Assembly (NCBI GenBank): GCA_029262855.1
Contig: JAJCYP010000076.1
Location: 4,784 to 68,783 of the forward strand
Source: Bacteroidota bacterium
GTDB taxonomy: Bacteria; Bacteroidota; Rhodothermia; Rhodothermales; UBA10348
Length of the DNA stretch: 64,000 nucleotides
Direction: 5' to 3'
In this document: positions 9,229 to 18,784 of the stretch, in pieces
Position numbering within the stretch: the first letter of the stretch is position 1
Layout of the letters: every line of letters begins with the position of its first letter
Notes under the pieces: model-generated
Databases searched by the model: none
What the model was told of the DNA's origin: nothing
What the model saw: the letters and a program-made list of their open reading frames with translations, nothing else
Program-made: the position numbers and the translations under genes

Positions 9229-10179
9229 ATGGATCCGGAAATTGTCTATAACGTCCAGCAGGGCTTCTTCTGGGACTGGAAGGTCGCACTAGACCTCTTC
9301 CTCGGAGGAGCCGGAGTCGGTGCCTTCCTCGTTTCCGTGGGCCTGTATGAGTTTTGGGGTCGGAAGTACAAGCGCATCCCGCAGACAGCGGCATTTCTTG
9401 CGCCGGTTCTGGTCGGCGTTGGGGTTCTCATACTGATGCTAAAGCTCGGGCGACCCTTCCACATTTTTGAGACGTTCATCAACTTCGCGCCAACAGCTCC
9501 TCTCTGGTGGGGAGGCGTGTTCCAGACGCTCTTTATCGCGGGAGCGTTGTGGTACGCGCTTCTCTGGAGGGACTTGGAGCCCAATCCCAAGCGTAGGAAG
9601 CTCGGCCTGGCCTTGACGCCCCTAGCGCTGATTGTGGGTGGTTATCACGGGATGCTGCTCGCGGTAATTCCAGCGCGACCGCTGTGGAATACAGGACCGA
9701 CTGTACTCGCCGCCCTCGCCGCGTTTGTGACCACCGGTATCGCGGCCGTCATGCTTGTGCACCTGATCCGGATGAAGCTCGGCGGCCGTCTGGCGGATCC
9801 AGAGCACGTGCAGACCTTCCTGACCGATCTGACTCCGGTCAGACATGTGCTTGTGGGCGGGCTGATTCTCCAGTTAGGGACCTTCTTTCTCTGGTGGCAG
9901 AGCCTTCGCTTCGGAGATCTCGCGGATCGAACGGCGCTCGCCGTCGCCAACGCGGGCTTCGGGCCGATGTACTGGTGGCTGGGGATTGGCGTGGGTCTTG
10001 TGCTCCCGATAATTCTGGGGGTCGCCGCGGTCTGGAAGGACAGCCCCGAATACAATCCGCGGCGCCTGGTCTGGACAGTCGGAGTCGCGAGTTGTTTGAT
10101 ACTCGTGGGGGGGTTCTTCTTCCGCCTTTCTGTCGTCCTTGCAGGGCAACTCAACCCGCTGTACGTCACGCTCCCGTAG
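9229..10179 (+). CDS. NrfD/PsrC-family membrane anchor subunit of a molybdopterin oxidoreductase (ArrC/ArxC-like)
   Basis: 316 aa, polytopic with about 8 TM helices, NrfD-like. SD-like GGGAGG upstream. Lies immediately upstream of the catalytic subunit. Confidence 0.7.
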   Translation: MDPEIVYNVQQGFFWDWKVALDLFLGGAGVGAFLVSVGLYEFWGRKYKRIPQTAAFLAPVLVGVGVLILMLKLGRPFHIFETFINFAPTAPLWWGGVFQTLFIAGALWYALLWRDLEPNPKRRKLGLALTPLALIVGGYHGMLLAVIPARPLWNTGPTVLAALAAFVTTGIAAVMLVHLIRMKLGGRLADPEHVQTFLTDLTPVRHVLVGGLILQLGTFFLWWQSLRFGDLADRTALAVANAGFGPMYWWLGIGVGLVLPIILGVAAVWKDSPEYNPRRLVWTVGVASCLILVGGFFFRLSVVLAGQLNPLYVTLP

Positions 10180-10186
10180 AGAAGCC

Positions 10187-12763
10187 ATGATTAACCAAAA
10201 TGATATCACCATGACCGGGAAGGGTCTCTCCCGCCGCAGCTTTCTTAAGCGGACGAGTTGTGTTGGCGGGCTCGCGATTATCGGCGGTTCCCCGCTTTTG
10301 ACCTTCTTTACCGAGGACACCTCGGCCCAGCCCGCTGCACTCTTGGCTCGATGGGTAGCTTCTACCTGCCAGGGTTGCACAAGCTGGTGCCCAGTGGTGG
10401 TCAAAGTGGTGGACGGCCGCGTCGTCCACCTGGCTGGCAACCCTGAGTCGAAGGCAAACCATGGGAAAATCTGCCCACGGCCGAACCTCGCGCTTCAGCA
10501 GGTCTATGATCCGGACCGGCTGAAGACGCCCATGCGGCGCACGAATCCCAGGAAGGGACGGGACGAGGACCCGCAGTTCGTGCCCATCAGCTGGAATGAG
10601 GCCATGGGTCTTATCGCCGACAAAATGATGGAACTCCGCGAGAACGAGGAGACCCACAAATTCGTTTTCTTCCGGGGGCGCTACAGCTACAACCGCGACA
10701 TCATCTACAGCTCGGTGCCCAAGATATTCGGGTCGCCCAACGGCATTAGCCACTCTGCCATCTGTGCCGAGGCAGAGAAGTTTGGCGCCTACTACACGGA
10801 GGGCTACTGGGACTACCGCGACTACGACCTCGAACACACGCGATACGTGCTGTGCTGGGGTGCCGATCCGCTCTCATCAAACCGTCAAGTCCCGCACGCC
10901 ATCAACATTTGGGGCCATGTTCGCGACCGCGCAGAGATTGCTGTCATTGATCCTCGACTCTCAGCCACGGCTGCGAAAGCAAACGAGTGGCTCCCCGTAC
11001 TTCCCGGGGAAGACGGTGCCTTGGCTGTGGCCATGGCACATGTCATCTTGCGGGAGGGCCTCTGGAGCCGGGAGTTCGTGGGCAACTTTGCGGACGGAAC
11101 CAACCGGTTCCTCCCCGGCCAGACCGTGGACGAGCAGACCTTCGAGGAGATTCACACCAACGGCGTCGTGCGCTGGTGGAACCTGGAACTGAAGGATCGG
11201 ACGCCCGAGTGGGCGGAGACCCAGTGCGGCATTCCGGCAGACCAGATCCACCGTGTGGCAACCGGATTCGCGAAGGCGGCGCCAGCTGCCATCAGTTGGG
11301 TGTCTCCCGGCGCATCCATGCAGGCCAGAGGCGGGTATGCCGCCCTTGCAGCTCACGCCTTGAATGGCCTGGTCGGGTCCGCCGACAGTCAAGGCGGCAC
11401 CGTCCAAAAAACCAAGGTGCCAGCAGATGCCCTGCCCGACTTTTCGGCCTACCAGGACGACTTGGCCAAGAAGCTGTCAAAGAAACCGAAGATGGATCGG
11501 CGGGGCAGCCTTTCATTCCCAGCGCTTAATGCTGGAAAGAGCGGTGGTGGCGTCGTAACAAACAACGCGGCCGACTCCATTCTGAACGAGGATCCCTACG
11601 AGATCAAGGTGGCGATTGCCAACTGGGCCAACTTCGCCTTCTCGTGCTCGGGATCGGACCGCTGGGAACGTGCGCTCTCGAAACTGCCGTTCTTCGTGCA
11701 TATCACGACAAACCCGTCAGAGACCAGTCATTTTGCGGATATCGTACTCCCGGCGGCCCACCAGCTCTTCGAGAAATGGAGCTTCCTCAAATCGAAGCAG
11801 AACCTGCACGGCTACGCTAGCCTCACACAACCCATGATCGAGCCTCTCTGGGACGTCCGTCAGGACGAAACGGAGGTGCCCTGGTTGCTGGCCGAGGCGC
11901 TCGCGGAGCGCGGGTTCGACAACATGCTACGGTATTTCCAGGAGGCTTTTGCCGATCCCGAGACCGGGCAGCATCCAAGGACCAGCGCCGAGTTTGCCCT
12001 GACGTCCACGAAGATGTTCACCAGCCCGTGCTGGCATTCGGCCCACAAGGACTACGGAAAGTATGGGGACGCTCTGAACGGCTGGGACGACTTCGTGAAG
12101 AAGGGTGTGTGGAACTCGCACCGATTTGAAACGGGGAAGACGTGGGGCAAGTTCGGCACCGTCACGGGTCGCTTCGAATTCTACAGCGAAACACTGAAGA
12201 AGGCGCTCCAGGGCCACGCCGACAAGCACGGGGTGGGAATCGATGACGTGCTGGCGGCGACCAACTACACCGCTACCGGCGAGTTGGCCTTCTTGCCGCA
12301 TTTCGAGCCCGCGCTGCGGTGGGGCGATCCGTCGGAATTCCCGCTCATCTTCTTCGAACACCGGAGCCGTCTGAACCGCGAGGGTCGCTCGGCGAACTGC
12401 ACCTGGTACCAAGCCCACAAGGACGCTGACCCGGGCGACGAGAACTGGGACGATGTGCTGAAAATGAACCCGGTCGACGCGGAGCGACTCAATCTCACAG
12501 ACCGCGCAATGGTGCGGGTGGTTTCGACCACGGGTGAGATCACCGTAAGGCTGAAGCTATGGGAGGGCGTCCGCCCGGGCACCGTGGCTAAGTGCTACGG
12601 ACAAGGCCACTGGGCCTATGGACGAGTCGCGGCCACCGATTTTCAGCGGCGCATCCCTCGCGGCGGGAACAACAACGTGATCCTTCCCGCCGAGTACGAG
12701 CGGTTGAGTGGCTCGACCGCCCGCCACGGCGGCGTCGCTCGCGTAAAGGTCATCGCTGCATAA
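10187..12763 (+). CDS. molybdopterin (bis-MGD) oxidoreductase catalytic subunit, TAT-exported; Psr/Phs/Arr/Arx clade (candidate ArrA/ArxA)
   Basis: Twin-arginine leader SRRSFLK. N-terminal [4Fe-4S] motif C-X2-C-X3-C-X27-C (CQGCTSWC...27...C). About 860 aa. Followed by Fe-S and TorD subunits. The ATG at 10187 is preferred over the upstream ATG at 10139. Confidence 0.8.
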   Translation: MINQNDITMTGKGLSRRSFLKRTSCVGGLAIIGGSPLLTFFTEDTSAQPAALLARWVASTCQGCTSWCPVVVKVVDGRVVHLAGNPESKANHGKICPRPNLALQQVYDPDRLKTPMRRTNPRKGRDEDPQFVPISWNEAMGLIADKMMELRENEETHKFVFFRGRYSYNRDIIYSSVPKIFGSPNGISHSAICAEAEKFGAYYTEGYWDYRDYDLEHTRYVLCWGADPLSSNRQVPHAINIWGHVRDRAEIAVIDPRLSATAAKANEWLPVLPGEDGALAVAMAHVILREGLWSREFVGNFADGTNRFLPGQTVDEQTFEEIHTNGVVRWWNLELKDRTPEWAETQCGIPADQIHRVATGFAKAAPAAISWVSPGASMQARGGYAALAAHALNGLVGSADSQGGTVQKTKVPADALPDFSAYQDDLAKKLSKKPKMDRRGSLSFPALNAGKSGGGVVTNNAADSILNEDPYEIKVAIANWANFAFSCSGSDRWERALSKLPFFVHITTNPSETSHFADIVLPAAHQLFEKWSFLKSKQNLHGYASLTQPMIEPLWDVRQDETEVPWLLAEALAERGFDNMLRYFQEAFADPETGQHPRTSAEFALTSTKMFTSPCWHSAHKDYGKYGDALNGWDDFVKKGVWNSHRFETGKTWGKFGTVTGRFEFYSETLKKALQGHADKHGVGIDDVLAATNYTATGELAFLPHFEPALRWGDPSEFPLIFFEHRSRLNREGRSANCTWYQAHKDADPGDENWDDVLKMNPVDAERLNLTDRAMVRVVSTTGEITVRLKLWEGVRPGTVAKCYGQGHWAYGRVAATDFQRRIPRGGNNNVILPAEYERLSGSTARHGGVARVKVIAA

Positions 12764-12784
12764 CGGACCAAGGAGATACAAGAA

Positions 12785-13477
12785 ATGGCAAAGCGATATG
12801 GCATGGTGATCGACCTCCACAAGTGTGTGGGGTGTGCGGGTTGCGACATTGCCTGCAAGTCCGAGAACAACGTTACGGACGGTTTCGCGTGGTCCAACCA
12901 CATTTTGGAAACCCACGGTACCTTTCCCGATGTTCAATTCCGGTACATCCCGACGCTGTGTAATCACTGCGAGGACGCGCCGTGCGTGGCGAACTGTCCA
13001 ACCACGGCGATGCACAAGTCGGAGGACGGGCTGACACTCCACGATGCTTCGAAGTGCATTGGCTGCCGAGCATGCCAGGTAGCATGTCCCTACGGCGTAA
13101 TCTACTTCAATGAGAAAGCGCCTCATCCGCGCTTCATGGAAGACGACGAGGCCCTGATCCCAGGAGTTACGTCAACCGGGCAGGAGACTGCCGAGGCATC
13201 CGGAGCTCCGATTCCATACTACAACCCGGCGCGGGCTGAAACATATCCGGACATCCGACCGAAGGGGATTGTAGAGAAGTGCACGTTCTGCGACCACCGG
13301 CTTGCCAAAGGGGAGTTGCCCGCCTGCGTCGATGCATGCCCGGCCGATGCCCGTCTATTCGGTGATCTGGATGATCCGAATAGCGCTCCGGCCCAAGCGC
13401 TGGCCAAGCACGATTCCGATGTGCTGAAGCCAGAGCAGGGCACGAAGCCTCGCGTTTTCTACATTCGCGACTACTAA
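12785..13477 (+). CDS. 4Fe-4S ferredoxin-type electron-transfer subunit (PsrB/ArrB/NrfC-like)
   Basis: Four Cys clusters: CVGCAGCDIAC, CNHCEDAPCVANCP, CIGCRACQVACP, CTFCDHR..CVDACP. Strong SD AAGGAGA upstream. Confidence 0.85.
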   Translation: MAKRYGMVIDLHKCVGCAGCDIACKSENNVTDGFAWSNHILETHGTFPDVQFRYIPTLCNHCEDAPCVANCPTTAMHKSEDGLTLHDASKCIGCRACQVACPYGVIYFNEKAPHPRFMEDDEALIPGVTSTGQETAEASGAPIPYYNPARAETYPDIRPKGIVEKCTFCDHRLAKGELPACVDACPADARLFGDLDDPNSAPAQALAKHDSDVLKPEQGTKPRVFYIRDY

Positions 13478-13490
13478 CAAAGAGGTTGCC

Positions 13491-14117
13491 ATGGAGGAGT
13501 CCGCTGTCGAAACGGTTGTGCTGGATCAGGCCAGTCTTTTCTTCGCCTTGGCGCGCGCACTCGAAGAACCAAGGAAGTGGGGTGATGATCTCCCCTCAAT
13601 CATTCGCGCAGGGCTGGGTACAGGCCTCCCGCCCCTATCGACGCTCGGAGAGCGGCTGGCCGTCGAAGCCGGTGAGGCGCTTTCCGAGAGGGAGCAGATG
13701 TCGATTGAGCACGCCAGGTTGTTTGTGGGTCCGTTCGAAATAGTCGTCCCTCCCTGGGCGTCGCTTTATCTGGAAAAGGACGCCAGGCTGATGGGCGAGA
13801 TCAGCCAGCAAGCGGCGCGTGCTTACGCCGAGGCTGGGCTCGCGCCGGCGGCCGACCTCAGGGAGGCGCCGGACCATGTAACGCATGAATTGGAGTTCAT
13901 GTACTACCTGGCCTTTCAGGAGGCGACCGACAAGGACGGCGTCTGGCACGCCAGGCGGGCCGCCTTCTGGGTATCCCATTTGGGCCGGTGGCTGCCGCAA
14001 CTCGCCACCAAGCTCGCGGAAGCGAGCACTCACCCGTACTATGAGTCGCTGGCCGCTGCCTTGGCAGTGATCTGCCGTCGCATGGACCTCCTCTTTACCG
14101 ATGCTACAGAGGCGTGA
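13491..14117 (+). CDS. TorD/DmsD-family redox enzyme maturation chaperone (ArrD/ArxD-like)
   Basis: 208 aa, TorD-like length and composition. Sits directly after the Fe-S subunit. Confidence 0.6.
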   Translation: MEESAVETVVLDQASLFFALARALEEPRKWGDDLPSIIRAGLGTGLPPLSTLGERLAVEAGEALSEREQMSIEHARLFVGPFEIVVPPWASLYLEKDARLMGEISQQAARAYAEAGLAPAADLREAPDHVTHELEFMYYLAFQEATDKDGVWHARRAAFWVSHLGRWLPQLATKLAEASTHPYYESLAAALAVICRRMDLLFTDATEA

Positions 14118-14482
14118 AGGGGGGTCAGGCCGAATTTAAAGCGCTTTTAATCTCGCAATGCACTATGTCTCAACTCCCTCCGCCTCCCTCCGCCTACAAC
14201 CAGTTCGTGGACCGCTATCCGGATCTTGAGAGAGCTTGGGAGAGCATGGCCAAGGCTGGCACAGATGGCCCGCTCGACGCCCGGACTCAGCGTCTTATCA
14301 AACTTGCCATTGCTGTTGGTGCCATGAGAGAAGGGGCTGTCCATGCGAGTGCCCGAAAGGGTGTCGCGATGGGCATCGAGGCCAGCGAAATGGAGCAGGT
14401 AGTAGCGCTGGCCGCGAGCACGCTGGGAATGCCCTCTACGGTCGCGGCCTTTAGCTGGGTACAAGACGTCCTGAAACCCTAA
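14114..14482 (+). CDS. carboxymuconolactone decarboxylase / AhpD-like family protein
   Basis: AhpD-like core of about 110 aa. Its start overlaps the TorD stop by 4 nt. An alternative start is MSQLPP at about 14165. Confidence 0.5.
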   Translation: MKGGQAEFKALLISQCTMSQLPPPPSAYNQFVDRYPDLERAWESMAKAGTDGPLDARTQRLIKLAIAVGAMREGAVHASARKGVAMGIEASEMEQVVALAASTLGMPSTVAAFSWVQDVLKP

Positions 14483-14564
14483 GCGGCGTTGGTACTCGGC
14501 GTGGTCATCATGGTCGCGTTGGTCATGGTTCAGATCCCCAACGACATCACGTCTGGGCTTGAGC

Positions 14565-14584
14565 GGGACCTTTTGGTCCTTTTC
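14565..14584 (+). terminator. rho-independent terminator (GGGACC-TTTT-GGTCC + TTTT)
   Basis: GC stem followed by a T-tract, between the convergent AhpD-like and arsA genes. Confidence 0.5.
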
Positions 14585-14600
14585 GCCTGCCTGGTGGTTG

Positions 14601-16445
14601 TTACCCACGGTCCAGGAAGACTGGCGATGGGAGAATAGCTCGCTCGCCTCGTTTGCCAAATGCCTGGGCCTGTGGCCCGAGCGCCACGGAGAGATCACCC
14701 ACATACTCGGTTAGAGCGTCAACGCCGGACAGTTCCTTTGCCATCCAGGGCACCAGAAAGGTCCGTGTCGCATGCGTCTTGGCTACCAACTGAATTTGGC
14801 GTATCTCCGCCGCTGCCCGCGCCACGAGCAGCTTGTCCGTCGGCGACGCCGCAGCGAGGCTCTGGTTTATGACCCAGGCATACGGCGTGATGCTGGCGCG
14901 ACGGAGGTCGGCTTGCAGGCCTGCCGCCTCGAGGACAGGTGTCGTCTCAGGTAGTGTGACGATCAGCAGCTTGGTGTATGCGGGATCCTGCAGGCGCATC
15001 AGTGGGGTGGTGGCCCTTCCAGCCAGGCCGCGGGAGTTGCGCTCGACCTCTCGGTGGTAGGCGCCTGTCTGATCCAGCAGCAGCAGAGTGTGACCTGTTG
15101 GAGCGGTATCCAGCACAACGAATCCGCGCGCCGCTTCTCGCACCAGGTTCGAAAAGGCATGGAACACCGCCACTTCCTCGGTGCACGGGCTTCGGAGGTC
15201 CTCCTCGAGAAGCTTCTTGGCGTCGTCATCCAGATCCTTTCCTTTGGTGGCAAAGACGCGATCCGTGTACCTGCGAACCTCCTCCGCCGGATCAATGCGG
15301 CTCACGGTCAATCCTGGAAGGGAGCCCTTGACTGTCTGGACCAGGTGGGCGGCGGGATCGGTTGTAGAGAGATGCACGGTGTGGCCGTGCCTGGCCAACT
15401 CGACTGCCACCGCAGCGGCTATCGTCGTCTTGCCGACTCCTCCCTTTCCCATCACCACCACAAGTCCTTTTCCGGCGGCCTCGATATCCTGAACAAGGTC
15501 CGCGAGGGACGGGAGCTGCGGTGGCGCGGGAGGTTGGGCGGTGGCGGCTGGGCCGCCTGATACGCCAGACGCCAAGGCCCTCAGATGGGCGAGGCCGACC
15601 AGGTTGTGCGGCTGCAGTGGCACCGTATCGATGGGCAGTGACCGGAGTTCGGAGGGCAAGTTGTCCATCGCCGCCACCTGCCTGCGCTGCATGCCGGCGG
15701 CAAGTGGATCAGTCGACTCCGTGAGTGAAAAGACACCGTTGACCACGAGCCGCTGGCTCAATATGCCGAGATCTGCCAGCTCGTGGGCGGTCCGGGCGGC
15801 CTCGTTGAGAGCAGCCGGTTCGGGTCGGGTGACCAAGACCAGCGTCGTCGTCGCGGGATCGCGCAGCGAGTCGACGGCGGCGGCGTACTGTACGCGCTGA
15901 GACTGGAGTCCAGAGGCGGGGCCAAGGCACGATGCCCCGTCTGGGTTCGTGTCAATGAAATCGCCCCAGGCTGCGGGCAGTTGAAGCAGACGGAGTGTGT
16001 GTCCGGTCGGCGCGGTGTCGAAGACCACGTGGTCGAAGTCCTCCATCAGCGAGGCATCCGTCAGCAGCCGGGTGAAGGCATCGAACGAGGCGATCTCGGT
16101 TGTACAGGCGCCAGACAGACTTTCGGTGATCTGCTCAATAGCCGCAGGTGGGAGGAGCTGTCGAACGGGTTCTATCACGCGGTCACGATAGGCCTGAGCC
16201 GCTGCTTCCGGATCGATATTGACTACGTCAAGAAGCGGCACGCCCGACACACTCCGTACCTCGTGAGTGACCTCCGTCTCAAGCACCTGACCCAGATTGG
16301 ATGCAGGGTCGGTCGAAACCAGCAGCACGCGATGACCCTGGTCTGCCAGGGCAACAGCCGTAGATGTGGCAAGAGTAGTCTTGCCAACGCCGCCCTTGCC
16401 GGTGAAGAAAAGGTATCTCGTGGGCGATGTGATGAGAGTACGCAT
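14601..16445 (-). CDS. arsA: arsenical pump-driving ATPase ArsA (two homologous halves)
   Basis: Two P-loops GKGGVGKTT (the N-half reads MRTLITSPTRYLFFTGKGGVGKTT), DTAPTGH motifs in both halves, about 614 aa. Start taken at the internal ATG at 16445 that precedes the P-loop. Confidence 0.9.
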   Translation of the reverse strand: MRTLITSPTRYLFFTGKGGVGKTTLATSTAVALADQGHRVLLVSTDPASNLGQVLETEVTHEVRSVSGVPLLDVVNIDPEAAAQAYRDRVIEPVRQLLPPAAIEQITESLSGACTTEIASFDAFTRLLTDASLMEDFDHVVFDTAPTGHTLRLLQLPAAWGDFIDTNPDGASCLGPASGLQSQRVQYAAAVDSLRDPATTTLVLVTRPEPAALNEAARTAHELADLGILSQRLVVNGVFSLTESTDPLAAGMQRRQVAAMDNLPSELRSLPIDTVPLQPHNLVGLAHLRALASGVSGGPAATAQPPAPPQLPSLADLVQDIEAAGKGLVVVMGKGGVGKTTIAAAVAVELARHGHTVHLSTTDPAAHLVQTVKGSLPGLTVSRIDPAEEVRRYTDRVFATKGKDLDDDAKKLLEEDLRSPCTEEVAVFHAFSNLVREAARGFVVLDTAPTGHTLLLLDQTGAYHREVERNSRGLAGRATTPLMRLQDPAYTKLLIVTLPETTPVLEAAGLQADLRRASITPYAWVINQSLAAASPTDKLLVARAAAEIRQIQLVAKTHATRTFLVPWMAKELSGVDALTEYVGDLSVALGPQAQAFGKRGERAILPSPVFLDRG

Positions 16446-16482
16446 GGCGGGCACCAAGGGTGTTTCGTCGATCAGTCGTGGA

Positions 16483-16872
16483 TCAGCAGCAATCCGAACC
16501 GCTGTCCCCACAGCACGTCTCGGAGGTGACTTGCGCCGGGGTCTCCCGTCCACTGGCCCTACCGGACGGGCCGAATTGCAGGAGATGCGCCATTTCCACT
16601 AGGGACGGATGGCACCCCCGACTTACGATGAGACCATCCACGAGGAGGAGTGGCAGAACATCCATCCCTTCTGTGGTGATGGTCTGGTAAACCAGCGGAT
16701 GATTGACGAACGCGTCGGGGTTCGTGGCGAGGTTGAATCGTGATACTTCCGTGCCGAGGGCGGCCACCGATTTCAGGTCGGCGGCAAACTGAACCAGAAC
16801 GGGATCCGGATCACTTCCGCAAAGGCCAGTGGAGCAGCACATGGCAGGTTCGAATACCTGGAGATGAGGCAT
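16483..16872 (-). CDS. arsD: arsenic metallochaperone / trans-acting repressor ArsD
   Basis: MPHLQVFEPAMCCSTGLCG is the ArsD Cys12/Cys13/Cys18 motif. 129 aa. Start is the internal Met of the ORF-track ORF. Confidence 0.85.
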   Translation of the reverse strand: MPHLQVFEPAMCCSTGLCGSDPDPVLVQFAADLKSVAALGTEVSRFNLATNPDAFVNHPLVYQTITTEGMDVLPLLLVDGLIVSRGCHPSLVEMAHLLQFGPSGRASGRETPAQVTSETCCGDSGSDCC

Positions 16873-16904
16873 GATGAGTAGCGATTGGTGATACGCAGTT
16901 CCAA

Positions 16905-17276
16905 CTATTGTTGGTCGTGGAGGGAAGCCAAAGCGACCTCGGGCATGCAGCGAGCCTTCTCGCCCCTGTCCAGTACTTGTCCCAAAATGGAATCCAGGCC
17001 TTCTCGGAGGCGGAGTAGTTGCTGGCGGTCCAGGCAGTAGCAAGTTCGCTGCCCGTCCGTGTGGCTCACCACGAGGCCGGCCTGCTTGAGCACCTTGAGG
17101 TGCTGCGAAACAGTTGATTGCGCCAGAGGCAGCGCCTCAACGAGTGCGCCACACACGCATGCGTCTGCTTCCGCCAGCTCACGCAGTATGGCGAGCCGGG
17201 CCGGGTGGGCCAGGGCCTTCGCGCCTTCGGCTATACCACCGAGCAAATCGGGAAAAAGGTCAGCTTTGGACTGCAT
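16905..17276 (-). CDS. arsR: ArsR/SmtB-family metalloregulator
   Basis: HTH with the metal-binding CVC (ADACVCGALVEAL). First gene of the arsR-arsD-arsA operon. Confidence 0.85.
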   Translation of the reverse strand: MQSKADLFPDLLGGIAEGAKALAHPARLAILRELAEADACVCGALVEALPLAQSTVSQHLKVLKQAGLVVSHTDGQRTCYCLDRQQLLRLREGLDSILGQVLDRGEKARCMPEVALASLHDQQ

Positions 17277-17341
17277 CGTTGTGTAGTATTAATCGTTTAT
17301 CTAAGTTATACGATAGAATACGATAGCATCATGCACTCTGG
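17277..17341. promoter_or_regulatory. divergent promoter region between arsRDA and the phosphoesterase gene; direct repeat TACGATAG-AA-TACGATAG
   Basis: 65-nt AT-rich intergenic region containing ATTAATCG and a tandem 8-mer. This is the likely ArsR operator region. Confidence 0.4.
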
Positions 17342-18121
17342 ATGAAAATAGCCTTCTTCAGCGACGTTCACGCCAACCTACCAGCCCTGGAGGCGGTGTT
17401 CGCATCAATCGACGAGCATGCGCCCGACGCGGTCTATTGTCTGGGCGATCTCGTGGGTTACGCCCCCTGGCCCAACGAAGCAGTAGCGGCCGTTCGGGCG
17501 CGCCGAATTCCAACGCTGTCGGGCAACTATGATGAGGGAGTAGGTGTGAACTCTACTGATTGTGGATGTGCCTACAAGACAGAGGAGGACGAATTTCGCG
17601 GCGCTCAGTCGATTGCGTACACAAACCGGGTCGTGACTGCCGAGACTCGCCGGTATTTGCGTGGCCTGGCCAGCCACCAACGTCTGGAGATGCTCGCACC
17701 CCGAACGAGGGGCGCCCAGCCGTTCAGGCTCCTCATGGTTCACGGGAGTCCGGTCAAGATCAATCAATACCTCTTCGAAGACCATCCAGACAAGAGCCTG
17801 CTGCGTATGATGAGAGGAGCGGCCGCCGACCTTATGCTCATGGGACATACGCACAAGCCCTGGTACCGGGCCATCCACGACGAGGCGGAGGGTCGTTTTC
17901 GGCATGCCATCAACATCGGATCGGTGGGGAAGCCAAAAGACGGTGACCCTCGAGCCTGCTGGCTACTGCTGGACTTACCGGCTGAGGCCTCATCGGCCGA
18001 CGAACACGCGTTCGAACCGGAGTTCATTCGGGTCGACTACGACGTTGAGGTAGCCGCCCGCGCCGTAGAGGAAAGTCCGCTGCCAGACGCCTTCGCCGAC
18101 ATGCTTCGAAGAGGGCGCTGA
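17342..18121 (+). CDS. calcineurin-like metallophosphoesterase (MPP superfamily)
   Basis: FSDVHAN and GDLVGYAP motifs (DXH...GDXXD), plus GHTH later. Confidence 0.75.
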   Translation: MKIAFFSDVHANLPALEAVFASIDEHAPDAVYCLGDLVGYAPWPNEAVAAVRARRIPTLSGNYDEGVGVNSTDCGCAYKTEEDEFRGAQSIAYTNRVVTAETRRYLRGLASHQRLEMLAPRTRGAQPFRLLMVHGSPVKINQYLFEDHPDKSLLRMMRGAAADLMLMGHTHKPWYRAIHDEAEGRFRHAINIGSVGKPKDGDPRACWLLLDLPAEASSADEHAFEPEFIRVDYDVEVAARAVEESPLPDAFADMLRRGR

Positions 18122-18190
18122 TTCATCGTGACGAGCAACCCGAATACGGGGAGCGTGTCACGCGCGCCAGAGGTAAGAAACAGTCTTTCG

Positions 18191-18784
18191 TCAGCGCGTC
18201 TTGGCTCCTTCCCAGACCACGGTGGCGTCGTACCCAATCTTTTGAATCGCGGCAACAAGCTCCTCGGAGGTCACGCGGTCCGCATCGATATCAACGGTCG
18301 CATGCGGTGGTTCGTAGGTGACGTCGGCTACCTCGGCGCCTTCCACCTCGTTCAGGATCATCCGAACTGTGGTCGTGCAGGTCTCGCAGGTCATGCCCTC
18401 GACGGCCAGCACCACGCGCTGACCACCGGCTGTCTCATACGCCTGAGGCGCCGAGTCCGCCTTCAGCAGGTCGGGAGACATCGCGAGGCCTGCCGTCACT
18501 ATTACGGCAACCAGGAGCAGGCTGCGACGAGCCCGGGGCGACATCCCCTCTTCGCAGTCGCAATCCGGCCGGCGACTGTCGCGGACTTCCTTCACCACGG
18601 CAAAGGCCAGAAACACGCCGGCGGCGCCGACGAACCACCAGCGAAAGGGCTCAACCCATGCAAACGTGGTTGCCCACGCTCCGCCTACACCGGCGGCAAC
18701 CGCAATCAGGGGCAGCGTGCAGCAGGCGCTGGAAAGGACACCAAGGCCCAGGGCCCCCATCATCGAAGCGTTCGCGTTTTTCAT
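18191..18784 (-). CDS. MerT-like mercuric transporter fused to a MerP-like HMA domain
   Basis: TM1 contains vicinal Cys (SSACCTLPL) as in MerT. The C-terminal domain has GMTCETC (HMA, MerP-like). Confidence 0.75.
   Translation of the reverse strand: MKNANASMMGALGLGVLSSACCTLPLIAVAAGVGGAWATTFAWVEPFRWWFVGAAGVFLAFAVVKEVRDSRRPDCDCEEGMSPRARRSLLLVAVIVTAGLAMSPDLLKADSAPQAYETAGGQRVVLAVEGMTCETCTTTVRMILNEVEGAEVADVTYEPPHATVDIDADRVTSEELVAAIQKIGYDATVVWEGAKTR

Noticed and set aside
10166-10837. 223-aa minus-strand ORF antisense to the catalytic subunit gene, and similar antisense ORFs at 9645-10169 and 11927-12418
   Set aside because: They are antisense to strongly supported genes and have low-complexity translations.
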